From Zygnema circumcarinatum SAG 698-1b (taxonomy: Eukaryota > Plantae > Zygnematophyceae): 64,000 nucleotides of DNA. The notes below the pieces were generated by a model that worked only from the letters and a program-made list of their open reading frames with translations, did no database searches and had not been told where the DNA came from. The DNA lies in contig CM074804.1 in assembly GCA_037447605.1 (NCBI GenBank), positions 5,495,909 to 5,559,908 of the forward strand, given 5' to 3'. Shown in pieces: positions 34,501-46,946 of this stretch. Position 1 is the first letter of the stretch. Every line of letters begins with the position of its first letter. A program made the position numbers and the translations under genes.

Positions 34501-37500
34501 TCCACCTCATTATGTGGGCTGAACACGTTCTTGTCCAGATCTACACCACCAGCTGTAGTCCCCTTGCCAGGCACCCCTGCTAGTTGTGGCCTATTGACGA
34601 TTGGCTGTGGCATTGATTGCTGGATCAAAGGCGAACGAAAATGGGAGAACAGCAGACTAGTGACGGAAGTTAACCAATTATTGCCCTTCTTCAAGAAACA
34701 CTACAAAAAAATTCTGAAAGCCATTGAATTAAAATTAATCGCCAGATCAAGTTTTTTCTTGCAAACAATAGTCCTGTCGACATGTTGTTCATTCAGTAGT
34801 ATTAGTGTGGTAAAAAAACCAGTCAATAACTTCAGCATACTGCATTGAGGAAAAAGCAGGGTTCATTGCGCCTCACGTAGCGAGACATACCGGTGTCACA
34901 AGCTCGGAATCTCGTTTACCAGAACAAGAGCCGGTGTTCCATGGAACCATCACAAGGAAATGGACGTTCGAGTTTTTCCACCGTGGCACACCTTCGCAGA
35001 CGTGCTTATTGAAAACAATAACCGTCGAAAACGCCTCCAAGGGGAAATCTTGGAACATATATCTGTATAGAAAGGTGTAGTTTGGTCAAACAAATGCGCA
35101 CGTATTGTTGGATACCGGCAACAAATACACGCAACAGACAAGTTGATCAAACTCTGAGCTTTGCAGGGGGGGCGCTTTATCCCAATTTGGGTGATTTTGA
35201 TACTTACGCTGGTGTCACGAGCAAGCATCTTGAAAATGTAAGGGCCTTAAGAATAACTTCTTTGAAACTATTAATCTTTTCATTTTGGAAAACGCCATCC
35301 TTTAAGAATAACCCCTCTCTGTCAATCTGATACGGCTTCAAGTCAAGCCCAACAAGCTGCTTATACATCGTGAAGAATGACTGCGGTGCAGAAATGAGCA
35401 AGACGGTAAGTTTCCTTTCACTAAGAGACTGCTTCTGAAGAGCAGCCTTCAACAATCGTTCCAAGACAGCCAATTTGGGATGGTCTTCTAGGTCTCCTCT
35501 CTCCACTTGTTCGTAAGCGCGGCGAAGTTCATCCTTTGTCCTTGAGAACGTTTTGAGAAACTCCATTGATTGTGCGGTGTATTCCAGATACAAGTGAGCG
35601 ACGCGTATGCCATATTCGTAGTAGTTGTACGCTGCTTGCCTGAGTATGTACAACGAAACTAGATTTCGAAGGAGGGTCTTATCTGAGGGATAAGTTATAG
35701 TTGCGTATCTGATTGAACATTGAAGTTGAATGTTGCCTTGGAGATCCATCCCGAAAGGAGAAGCTTTGACGTCCTGTCTTGTGCATACCTTGTCCAAAAT
35801 AAGCTGATACTCACTGGTAATAACGTCCAAGATATAAGACAAATGGCTCGGGAGAACTATCTGGTGGTTAACAAGCTCCGCGAGCTCAGCTTCCTTGCTT
35901 TCATGAAATGTGTTTCTGTTGAACTTCATTCCAGGAGGTACTCGCTGGTCTTCAATTCCGAAATCCAGGCCATTTTTTGCCTTCAAAAAGAAGCTGAGCT
36001 CATTCGACATGGATGAAGTAAATCCTTGCAACGCAGTTCTTCGTCCATATATCTTTTCCTCCAAGATAGCGGATTGTGCATCACCACCGGTAGCCCTCGG
36101 AGGTAGCAGACCTCCAAGGTCAACCCGTGCTTCGAACTTGCTCGTGGACGACGAGCTTGCATTGCGCATGCTCCACTCATACGAACTCGAGTGGTTGTAC
36201 CGGTATTCCAAAACATCAGTCAGTCTTAGAACCTTCAAATCGTTATGGTATTGTACCTTCATCACAATGCAGCAAAAGCCGGTTTCTCAGATTCAGAACA
36301 GTTATAACGACGTCCAGCAATGGGATCCGTGCGAAGTCCAACACCCTCTGCTCATGCATAGAATCGACAGCAAAAATGTTTGGAAACTTTTCACGCACCA
36401 AGTCAACACTTTGACGATTGACAAAATCCCCTGCCACACTAGCGAAGGGCGCTTACTGGAAGGTGAATACTGGTCTCAACTTGCTGCTGACTTATTTGCC
36501 AGCAACGGTCATCGTGGCAATTCTGAGAATCTTGAGACGGGTGCCAATCCAAGTAAAGTGCATCACTGGCCGAAAGCTGGAGACTTGTGCACTTGGCTGT
36601 CAGTTGAGCAAATGTTGATGAAGCAAGTCCCTCTAAGGAGCTTTCGCAAGGAAATATTGGCGTGGGAAGCTGGCAAAACGAGAAGCAGTCTAATGTCAAC
36701 TCCGGAACTATGATTAAGGTCTGAAAATTGGTTGAAACGGCCCAAGGTTCGAGTTCGTCCAAGGAGTTTCCATCTATTTCCCAAGAGTTTAGCATGGCCT
36801 TTGGAACAGATATACAGCTGAAGTCAGCTGCATCGATTGGAGAAGGTGGCTCGAACTGGATAAACAGCGGTCCACCGACTAACCGATCCTCGGTTTCTGA
36901 AGCCAGTAATGCTAGCCATGACGGTCCTACAAATTGGATCACGGGGCTCCTCGCCTGAAAGAATAAGCTGTGAATGAAAGCTGGTTCATCTTCGAGTAAG
37001 TGAAAGTTTACGCCAGAGCTTGCAGTGTCGACGAACTTGAACTCGTTGCTCTCGAAAAGGTCGGGTGTTGCCCTGGACAGAGTAATAGTATCAAAAAATT
37101 GACCATTCGTTAAATCTAGTACCTCATGAGGCTCCAAATACCTTGGAAGTAGTTGCCACTCATTCGCTTTCAGCGTTCTTGCACCTAGGTCTAAATCTGC
37201 TGCCAATAAGCAAGAGACGTTGTTGGTCAATTGGAAAGATGCCTCCACGTAATTAGGCATCAGGTGCATGGAACCCTGTAAACAAGAACACCAAATCAGT
37301 TTGCCATGTTATCCTCGGTTGATGCTACTAATCTTTGTGGATCAGCGTTTTACTCAATTTACGGTGCTGCGAGTCCCCAGAGTAATCTTAGAAATGTTAG
37401 CGTTGTACTTCAGCCCGTTGTGACGCCTCTCTTTCGTGAAGGCACGTTGGAATGGACTTACCCTCCACTGCTTGATGTCAAAATTCTCCTCCTCATATCT

Positions 37501-38165
37501 ATAGGGAAGCCCTTCTGCGATTGCACTGAAGCTGCAAACGAGCCGTCCTCTGGAGTCCTGGAAGCGACAAAGAACGGAAGATTCTTTCATGTTATTTTTA
37601 CCGCAAGAATCGTCGTGTCGATCATGAGCAAAATCTGTCAGCTTCAAAAACCACTGCGCCTCGACAGATGTAGCAAAGAAAATTGTTATGGATCCGGAGA
37701 TACAATTTCTTAAGATTTTTTACGGATTATAGTAAAAGTTAGCACTTCATTTCCAACCTGCTCAGGTACTTGTGGCAGTTCAAGAGTTTTACAGATGGTC
37801 CAGTCGTTTCGGAAGCAGTCAGAAATTAAAAGACTTTCAAGATGGAGACTAATTGTTCTCGTTCTCAGCGTTCTGAGAGTCGATCCCTCTACATCTCGAG
37901 GCAAAAGCAGAGCCGCCAATCTTTCTGCTGCTTGTGTCGACTGTTGTGTTGTTTTGAGAATGCCATCTCGTCTATCAACCAACACTGTATCCGAAAAACC
38001 AATGCTTTCAAGTAACTTTATATCAGCCAGATTTTCATTCCAGTACTTATAAATATTTTCGTCGGATGGTACAAGAGCATCTTGCAACAAGGACTTTTTG
38101 TACTCTTTATCGCTCTGCTCAAAAGCTTGCTGATGGTAGTCCAGATTTAGCCATCGCAGACGCAT
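31587..38165 (-). CDS. SHOC1: SHORTAGE IN CHIASMATA 1 (ZIP2/XPF-like meiotic crossover protein)
   Basis: N-terminus MRLRWLNLDY, central EDHPKLAVLERLL, XPF-like segment FPHVQESETLAETFLNAFPGLNPLSSAAII..LF and C-terminal SLVYKK..QSQLVW all follow the plant SHOC1 layout. Large exons. Confidence 0.88.
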
Positions 38166-38554
38166 TTTGCCACAATACGCACTGCTCTTGAATCTGAAGC
38201 AATCAAATACGAAGTAAACAGCAGTCCTCTTCAAACGCTCCCTTCATTTGCAACGGCGTGCAACGCAGCCGGCTACCGTATCCAGTACAGTGTACAGTAC
38301 TCGAGCCTTTCAGGCCGACTCCACTTTGCAAGCAGCGGTTTACCCTACTCGGTTACAACGCGCGCACTCAGAGTTCCACGTACGATCCCCCGGATTCCAC
38401 GCAAAAAGGAGATTGATCTTCGCATGTTCGGTAATCTTGACCCGGATCAACGGACTTTTTGTTGATCGGCGGAGGGTTGCTCTGGAGGGGCCGGACGGAG
38501 GCAGAGGGAGACGTGAGGGCGGGAAGCCATTGAGGGCCACGTGGCCCGATCGCC

Positions 38555-41001
38555 ATGGAGTGCGCCTGCCTGCAAGGGCGCCTGGCAGCTCCTCAAAGAA
38601 CGCCACGTGGCCCTCAGGACGGGAAGCAAGGGAGGAGACCGCCCAGGGTGAGCTGCCGCGTAGCTATAGAGGGCGGCATGCGGGAGCAGGGAGGCGGAAG
38701 GGGAGGCGATCCTTTTCTGCGCTGCGGACTCCGTTCCTTGGGTGGGCTTGCAAGGAGGCACGTGTCGCGATCTGGGACAACAGGGGGGGTGGCAGGAAGG
38801 GGTACGCAAGGGGGGTGGCAGCGGAGGGCTCAGAAGTGGGCGGGGGATAAAGAAGAGGAGGAGGAGGAAGAGGAGGAGGAGGAGGAGGGTGGGGCCAATT
38901 TCTGGGAAGGGCCGGAAGGGCAGAAGAAACTGAGAGAAATCGAGGAGCTGAAGGAGCTCATGAATGAGGCGAAGGCCATGGAGGAGGAAATGCTGCGGGA
39001 TCAGGAACAGGCGGAGGGGGCAAAGGGACAGGGGGGAAAGTCCGAGAAGGAGCTCGCCGATGAGAGAGCTGCAAAGCTGAGGGAGGAATTGGCAAGAGTA
39101 AGTGGAGTTGGGAGGGGTGAGAGGCAACTTTTCGAAGGCTTCTCGAAAGCTCTATATATAAAGTGCTTCTAGGGAACAGGGTTAGGGTTTTCGAATTCCT
39201 TGTGCGGCCGTTTCGGTTCACTATCGAGTAGACTAGCGAGCTGAATAATTAGGGTTATAGGCAGCCCATCGTCTAAATAGGGTTCTTTTCTATCTTGACG
39301 AGTTTTGACCTCGATTCTCTCGTTTATCTCAGTGGGAAGAGGGAATGCATAACATTGAAACAAATTTATGAGATAGGAGCACCAATTGAAAGGGAGGTTG
39401 GGTTGTGCAGTCCTATCTGATCGATGCCAAAATCTCCTGTAAATTGCAAATCCAAATACACGGCAAAGGAGTAGTCAGAGTTTTTCTATCAATCACCTAG
39501 ACATTTTGCCCGCTTGTCGCATGTTCGAATTTTATGTGCCAAGAAGTTGTCATCAGAATTCTAGCGACTTTCACCTGAATTTGCAGGTGTTTGAGTTGTT
39601 TTCTTGTTTTGTCGCTGAGGAATTGCAGCATTGTCTGGCAGAAAGCGATGGAGCAAGTGGAGAGGCGAAAACAAGCTGAAGCCATGTTTCAGCTTGGGCA
39701 GCGGGCATACGGTCGGGGCGTTTACGATAAGTCGGTAGAGATTCTGGAGGCTGCATTAACGAAAACTGATCAAGGCACCAATTTCGGCGGTGAGGTATGG
39801 AAAGAGCATAATGTGTACATAGTGTGCATTTGTAGCGCAGGGGATGCATGTACACTTGTTGAATGGTACCGAATCTCGTGCCCTTTGACCACTGATGCGC
39901 CTCCGGTTTCCTCAAATTCGTGTAGTTAATGGTATAAGTTTCCCACTTCAAATCGTTCAAGCAGCCAACTCTCCAAGATGAACCGCAGAGAATGCTGACA
40001 AGATTGTGAGTTGACTCGAAGGGTTTTCAACTAACCGAGCTTACCCCAGTCTACATTTCCTTCTATGCTCCTGTTTTCTGTCCGACCCTTTAACAGCTTT
40101 TTGCTTTTTGGTTTCTTGTACCCATGCACGAGGCTAAGTCACCACTTTCTGGTTGGACTTGCCTTGCATTCCCTCACCTCGCCTTTCTGTCACTCTCCCC
40201 CCTCCCCCCCCCCCCTCCCTGTTTCTCTCTATTCTTTTCTATCTGTCTATCTGCCCGCTTGCCTAGCTTTCTTCTCTCCCATCTCTCTCCCTTCGCTTTC
40301 TCTATCGCTAGTGCAGCCCTTCTACATTTTCATAAACCATACAATTACAATTTGCTGTAAACGTGACCTGAACTGCAGATCCAGATCTGGCTGGCCATGG
40401 CATACGACGCAAATAACAGACACTCTGATTGCATCGCCCTATATAAGAAATTGGAGGAGCGGCATCCTAGTAAAATGATCCGCAAGCAAGCCGCAGACCT
40501 TCGCTATATCACTGAGGCGCCAAAGTTAAAGATTTCAAAGGAGGAGATTCTTTCAATCCCGCTCCTTGATAGTGACAATAACAGGTTAGCTGGTTCTATT
40601 AGCTTAATCCCATTTGTAGCTCAGGGCTTCTGGTCCTCACTTCACGTTTATTTTTCTTCATTCAGCTCATTTTACTCCCAGAGATGTTCGACAGTACCGG
40701 TTGAGATTTTAAGCAGCGTTTCTAGGAATCAAGTCTTGTTGAACACGCGATGGATTGTGATGCATGGCGAGGAGATTAATAATTTGCTCGATTTCTGTGT
40801 TTGCTGTACAGCTCCACACGCACTTGGAGCGAAATGGTTCGAGAAAAAAAGAAGCCGCGGCAGACTCGGATGAGTTCGGACGACTCCCTAGACTTTTGGC
40901 TAACGTGGACAAGACCGCGGTGGGAGCGGTCGCCCTATTTTTGGGTGGCTGTCACCGTTTGGTTGACAGCTGTCGGAGTGTCCCTCGTCTTCCAGAGCTA
41001 A
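38555..41001 (+). CDS. Plastid TPR-like membrane-anchored protein (cyanobacterial-type family)
   Basis: Exons 38555-39097, ~39640-39793, ~40377-40584 and ~40811-41001. They give a transit-peptide-like start, poly-Glu, coiled coil, MFQLGQRAYGRGVY..LEAA..FGGEIQIWLAMAYDANNRHSDCIALYKKLE..HP..IRKQAADLRYITEAPKLKI and a C-terminal TM FWVAVTVWLTAVGVSLVF. Confidence 0.85.
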
Positions 41002-41578
41002 GCGCGCAGGAGGCAGAAACTTCCTTTTATTCGCTGATTACTCTCTAATTTTGGTTTGTTGTATATCAACTGCTTTCCGGGATACATAACGTTACTGAAA
41101 ACTGGCGTTTGGGAGGGGTACGGAGGTGGTAGGCGGTCTCTTGTACAAATGTCTCATAGACGCATATTCCTTCGCTGTCACATTTGACCTTTTTTTCTTG
41201 TTTTTTTTTTTAAGATTTTTTGAATAGTCGGTTATGGTTGCTTCCGGCTTCTAGCCTATCTCTAAATCGTGTGTCTCGCTACGTCCAGTCGTGACTTTTC
41301 CTTTCTTTTGGCAGCCCTGGGTTCGTCTTTTTCAATCTTAGTTTTACTTTTCAATTGTGCTTTAGTAAATTCAGCCGTAGTTCAGTTTCTTCACTCATGG
41401 CTCCATTTTTGTCTGTCAATCCTTGCCTTTCTTTCAGCATTGACAATACCCACAAACTACACACTTAACCATTGGCGTATTCCGTCCTTTGTCATACTCA
41501 CATCAAACAGCTCCTTACCATTGTATTCTAACTCAGCATCGTGCCAACATCTCAGCAGGCGAGTTGGGCCTCAATGGA

Positions 41579-44500
41579 TTACTTCAAATGAATTATTTGA
41601 GAAACATCTGACGATTGGAACTTCGGCCGACTGCCATAAAAGCGACTCAGCGTAGTCCGACACCGAGGGACGCCCCGCAAAGACGCCAAACTTGTTCCCA
41701 GGATCTCTACTTCAACATAGTCCCCCGGCTGCAGAGCCACCCTCTCACTTCCAGCCTGCTCAAACGACTCGTGAATGCCCAAGTCCCTGGTCGGAATGTT
41801 GGGGATAATGACTCTATGCCCCGTGTCATTCTTTCCAAGAATCTCCTTCTCGGGTGCTCTCTTGTTCGCTCCCTCAACAAGGACCAATTGAATCTGCCCA
41901 ATCTGGGCATCGTACCTTTTCCTTGTGCTCCTCCGGAAAGCCTCAATCATCTCGCTAAGTCTCCTCTTCTTCACAGCATCATGCACATCGTCTATATAAT
42001 TTCGATGTGCGTGTGTTCCTTCTCTCAGACTATAAGCAAACATGTAAGCCATGTCGTAGCCCACTTCCTCGATAAGGCTAAGCGTCTCACAATGATCCTC
42101 TTCCGTCTCACCACAAAAGCCTAAACAAGACACGAAGAAATGACCCTCTTAACTCAGCTTCCAACAAAAATTCAATTATTGAGGTTTCAGTGAAACATAG
42201 TACACAGACCTGCCAAGATAAGCCTTTTGACCAGTAAGTGAGAAAACATATGCAGGACACCATCACGACTGCAAAGGGCAAGTACAAAAACAGCTTACCT
42301 GTGATGAAATCGCTACTAAGTGCAACACCTGGCAATATACTACGAATTTTCTCCACAAGAGCGAGATAAGCCTCTCTGGAATATCCACGACGCATCCGAT
42401 CTAGCACAGCTGTCGACCCACTCTGTGCTGGCAAGTGGATGCTCCAACACACATTCGACCGATCTCTCATCAACTCCAGCAGCTCGTCAGGAAAGTCCTT
42501 CGGGTGAGGGGAGGTGAAACGAAAACGCATCTCAGGAAACTCTTGGGAGACTCTGTCGAGCAAGTGGATGAATCGAAGACCCCCACGTTTGGGTCGATAG
42601 ATTGTTGAGAATCCACTGCTAATAGACGCTTGGATTTCAGCAGGCTTGGATTTCATGGTAAGACTTTTAGATTTCTGCCGGTCACGAGACGCAATTAATT
42701 TTCCTTCAATTAACTCTGATAATTCTTTTTCAACGTTCGTCAGTTGGCCTACGGTGGCCCTTGACGCTTCATCACCTGCTGACATGCTGCCATCTGGTCT
42801 GCTCACATGTAAATCAATGGCAGCTCCATCACTACTATGCACCAGCCGGTTTTGCACCTTATTCTCTAAGAAAGACTTTCCAAAGTTGGTACCGTCTGCT
42901 TCCATCATCGAATTGAACTGAGCTGTCTCCTCGGTCTTCCACTCCACCGCACCGGATCCTTGCTCAGGAAGAGTTTGAGTTGTTAAAGAGGTATCCCTAT
43001 ATGAGTTCACATTCTGCCCAAGCAAGTTTACTTCTTTTACCCCTTGCTGCCATAGCTCTCCTACTTCTCTCACAATCGATTCTATCGGCCGTGACCTCTC
43101 CCTCCCACGAGTAAAAGGCACGATGCAATAGGAGCACATGTTATCGCACCCTCTCATGATGGAGACAAAAGCGGAGATTGAGTTTTGTGCGATACGAACG
43201 GGTGACACGTCGGCATATGTCTCCTCCAATGACAGCATAGTGTTGACACCGCTCTGGCCAGAATCTACCTGAGGCAGCAAGTGGAGAGAAGTTAATCCGG
43301 ATTCTATCTGCTTCACGACAGGTAAGAACGGCAGGGTCATATGCATTGACGGCCTTGAACAGGCTATCACTTTCCAAAACAAAGCAATAAGTCATTCACA
43401 AAACAAGGAGCAGACCACAACACGAGACTACAAGCTGAAGCCTCCGATTTGGAAGTGTACCAGAAGCCCAGCTTAGGAGTGTTTGCTGATCACAACAATA
43501 AGAAATATGTCTCGGAGCTATGTGAACGACGTACCCCTCCTAACTCCGAGTTCATCCCAGATAGAAAACTGTACAAATGAATATTAGAAGCCATGTTTCC
43601 AAATAATATGTGTTATGAAATGCTGCAGTTTAAAGATGTACCCATCAAAGAGCTCACTCGCATTAGCGCATTCATTTGCCATAAATTCAATCCCTCAACA
43701 ACGAGCTTGGAGATACTATCTTAGACTACAGCCTCCTTGTTAGTCCCCGTTTTCAGCATTAACTAATGGCATGGTCCAATTAACCTTTCCTTCTTCACTG
43801 GTCACAGGTCCACCGTGTCAATCCTAGTCCGATAATCAAACGACCTAGAAGTCGATCAGCATATTTAATACAATCCAGTCGTACTGCTGAGCCAACAGCT
43901 TCTAAAACATCCAAGCTTAAAAATGTGAATTGTTTAATTGAATTCACAACTGCCTTATTCACAAAACTTTCTAAGCTAGCGAGGACTGAGCCGTCACTCT
44001 TGGGTCACTAATCAATATAATCTCTGCAAATTAAACATTTTAACCCATCTTTGGTGACCTTTCACACCTTCGACCTTCACATGGAGACGTGAAAATGCAC
44101 TGCTTGCTCTTGCGCCATTGACTTGAAACACCGACAATTGGGCGTTCTTCTGTTCTTACCTGACTCAGAAGCCGCGGTAAGTCTCGATACGAGTCTGGTC
44201 CACAAACCACATCCACCATCTTCTCAGCTTCTAATAGCCGACTTTTAAGCCTCTCAGCCATACACCCAAGAACTGCAACCTTGGGGGGGCCGCTTGATGG
44301 CTGCGTTTTCCATGCTTGACCTCTTGTTTGCCACCATTGCTGCTTCAAATGCTTAAAGTAATTCAGTCTGTGCCACACTTTTTGTTCGGCTTTATCGCGA
44401 ATAGCGCAAGTGTTGATGAGAATAACATCTGAATTCTCCGCTTTATCCACTCTCTGTGTGTAACCATCCTTCGCCAAAATAGAAAGGACAATCTCCAAAT

Positions 44501-44969
44501 CGTTCACATTCATTTGACAGCCGTAAGTTTCGAAGTAAACGCGTCGTCCAAACCTCTCAGCAGGTATCGCTTCCGCCATGTCAAACTCCCAAAAGGAATG
44601 CGCAGAAAACGGAGCCGTAGAAGCGCACGGGACCGACTCCTGCTCACCACTAATTCCACTTACGTGCGCTTCTCGCCGTGCGCGGCGAACAAAGTCAGCA
44701 AGAGATGGACCTTCATGAGAAACATCCCTTTTCTTTCCCAAAATTCTATGTTCCATATCCTCTATCCCGTCTTCCCTCCATTTCTCCTGCCGGTCTTCAG
44801 CTCCTGGTCGAACGCTGCTCACCTGACTGCAATACGCGCGGTTCATCCGAGACCTTCCATGGCTCATATCCTTTGCGTACGCGGCAGATGAGACGCCGCT
44901 CTTCCCCCAGAAACACTGCCTGAAGAGACCGACGATACAGCCTCTGGTCGGAGCCGCGGAGCTCGCCAT
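41579..44969 (-). CDS. CDK5RAP1: Organellar tRNA methylthiotransferase MiaB / CDK5RAP1-like (radical SAM)
   Basis: Exons 44969-44160, 43268-42299 and 42120-41579. Motifs: UPF0004 ([23 protein letters not shown]), CxxxCxxC ([10 protein letters not shown]), [26 protein letters not shown] and a C-terminal TRAM domain. Confidence 0.95.
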
Positions 44970-45372
44970 GGCTGCCTCACCTCGTCGATGTCTCGAGGGC
45001 GCTCTCTAAGGGACCACTTTCCGATACGAGACGATTGGACGATATTTAGGAACGACATGTGCATGCGTGCAACGATGTTCGCAACTACATTGAACGCGGC
45101 GCTGTTGACATGGAACGGGGCACCCATTGTGGAGCAGGCAGGATGCGGCGCCACGCAGCGACAAGGGGAAGCGTTTGTAGGGGGGGAGGGAACGAGGGAG
45201 GGGAGGGTTGGGGGCACGGTCCGGGCCCAATTCGTGCATACGTGCATTCGGGGCCCGTGCCCCCCCCCCCCACTCCAGCAAGGGGGGCATGCCCCTTTTC
45301 GTGCCCCCCGTGACGTGTCCACATAGAACAGTTCAAATCGGACCAGTGAAAAGTATGAACGGTACGGAAGTA

Positions 45373-45838
45373 CCCCCCCTAATATTTTCCACCCGAGGAC
45401 TTTCGTTACCCAAGAAATTCGCCCTGATTTGGAGGAAACCACTTTTCTCCGCACTTACTGGTGTTAATGTATTAGTGGTGTTAACCTACCTGACCTAGTT
45501 TTCAATACAAAATCGGTTAATCGAAACGGATTTCGAACATGGGTCACGTTATTCCGCTGTACGGTAAATATCCATAAAATCTCGAGATCGTACCGTATAT
45601 ATACGGAGCCAATAGGAGCTCGTGTATTTAAGTGTACGGTACCAATAGGAGCTCGCGACAGGGCCCGCCGGGCGGCCATGCTCTTCCGTACAGAGAGAAA
45701 CAGTACGGCCGCAGGCCGGTCTCGAGGAACCACGGCCGACCGCCTAATGTTAACACAGACTTCCTCCTACTTTCCAATTCCAAGATTTTCGTTCAATATC
45801 GGCCGAAACCAAGGCGAAAATATTAGAGGGGGGGGGGG
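45373..45838. mobile_element. Putative non-autonomous DNA element (MITE-like), TA-flanked
   Basis: Left GTACCCCCCCTAATATTTTC (45370-45389) and right GAAAATATTAGAGGGGGGGGGGTAC (45816-45841) are inverted repeats, with TA on both outer sides. Internal direct repeat CCAATAGGAGCTCG x2. Confidence 0.5.
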
Positions 45839-46190
45839 TACTCTACGGAAAGTGCGGAAGGTACGAATAGTACGGACAGTGTGCCGCCACATGGGAGTTC
45901 CATGTCAGCCGTCACCGTCCCGGCCCCGGCTGTGACGTGGTACGCTGACGTAAGGGGGCACTGTCGAGGGGCCCAGTTTTTCGTGCCCGGGGCACGGCTG
46001 CTCGTGTGCCCCCGGGCATGCCCCCCCCGCCCCCCCCCCCGGTGGGCATGCCCGTGCCGCCGTGCCCCCAGCCCTAGAGGGAAGCCATGGATGCCAGCGC
46101 TGCTGTATCGTGATTGTGGCGCCTGCGCAAGGGAAGGACGTTCTCTAGGATTTTGAGACGCGCGAGGAGGGATTCCGGTGCTTGGCCGCC

Positions 46191-46946
46191 ATGTCGGGGG
46201 GAGGTCAGAGGCTGACTGTGGTTCCGACCGTGACTGTGTTGACAGTGATCAAGGCTCGGCTGGTTGGCGCGACCAAAGGTCATCAGTTGTTGAAAAAGAA
46301 GAGCGATGCGCTCACTATGCAGTTTCGACAAATCTTGAAGAAGATTGTGCAGACCAAGGAGTCGATGGGCGATGTGATGAAGACTTCGGCGTTTGCTCTG
46401 ACTGAGGCGAAGTATGCTGGCGGCGAGACCATCAAACATGTCGTTTTTGAAAACGTAGATCAAGCAACCATCAAGGTTCGCGCAAAGCAGGAAAATGTGG
46501 CAGGAGTGAAGCTTCCGAAATTTGAGCACTTTGCTGAGGCTGGAGAATCGAAAAATGACTTGACAGGTCTGGCACGTGGAGGTCAACAGATACAGCTCTG
46601 CAGATCCGCCTTTGTTCGTGCGATCGAGTTGCTTGTAGACCTTGCTTCTCTGCAGACATCCTTCTTGACATTGGATGAAGCAATAAAAACTACAAACCGC
46701 CGCGTCAATGCGTTAGAGAACGTGGTTAAGCCACGCCTGGAAAACACCATTTCGTACATTAAGGGTGAGCTCGACGAACTTGAGCGTGAAGAGTTTTTCC
46801 GACTGAAGAAGGTTCAGGCTTACAAAAAGAGGGAGATGGACAAGAAGAAAAAAGAAGCTGCTTTGCGCGAGGGAACGCCTGTACCGATGGAATCGCCTGC
46901 CAAAGGACGTCGCAGGGACGATGATGCGGAGGATGTCATCTTTTAA
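46191..46946 (+). CDS. VHA-D: V-type proton ATPase subunit D (single exon)
   Basis: MSGGGQRLTVVPT..GHQLLKKKSDAL..NVAGVKLP..GLARGGQ..LASLQTSF..TNRRVNALE..YIKGELDELEREEFFRLKK. Confidence 0.97.
   Translation: MSGGGQRLTVVPTVTVLTVIKARLVGATKGHQLLKKKSDALTMQFRQILKKIVQTKESMGDVMKTSAFALTEAKYAGGETIKHVVFENVDQATIKVRAKQENVAGVKLPKFEHFAEAGESKNDLTGLARGGQQIQLCRSAFVRAIELLVDLASLQTSFLTLDEAIKTTNRRVNALENVVKPRLENTISYIKGELDELEREEFFRLKKVQAYKKREMDKKKKEAALREGTPVPMESPAKGRRRDDDAEDVIF

Noticed and set aside
35910-36713. 267-aa plus-strand ORF
   Set aside because: Antisense to large SHOC1 exons, with no recognisable domain.
46191-46946. Intronless VHA-D as a retrogene
   Set aside because: No poly-A tail or TSD, it has its own GC-rich promoter, and plant VHA-D coding regions are, as far as I recall, normally single-exon.
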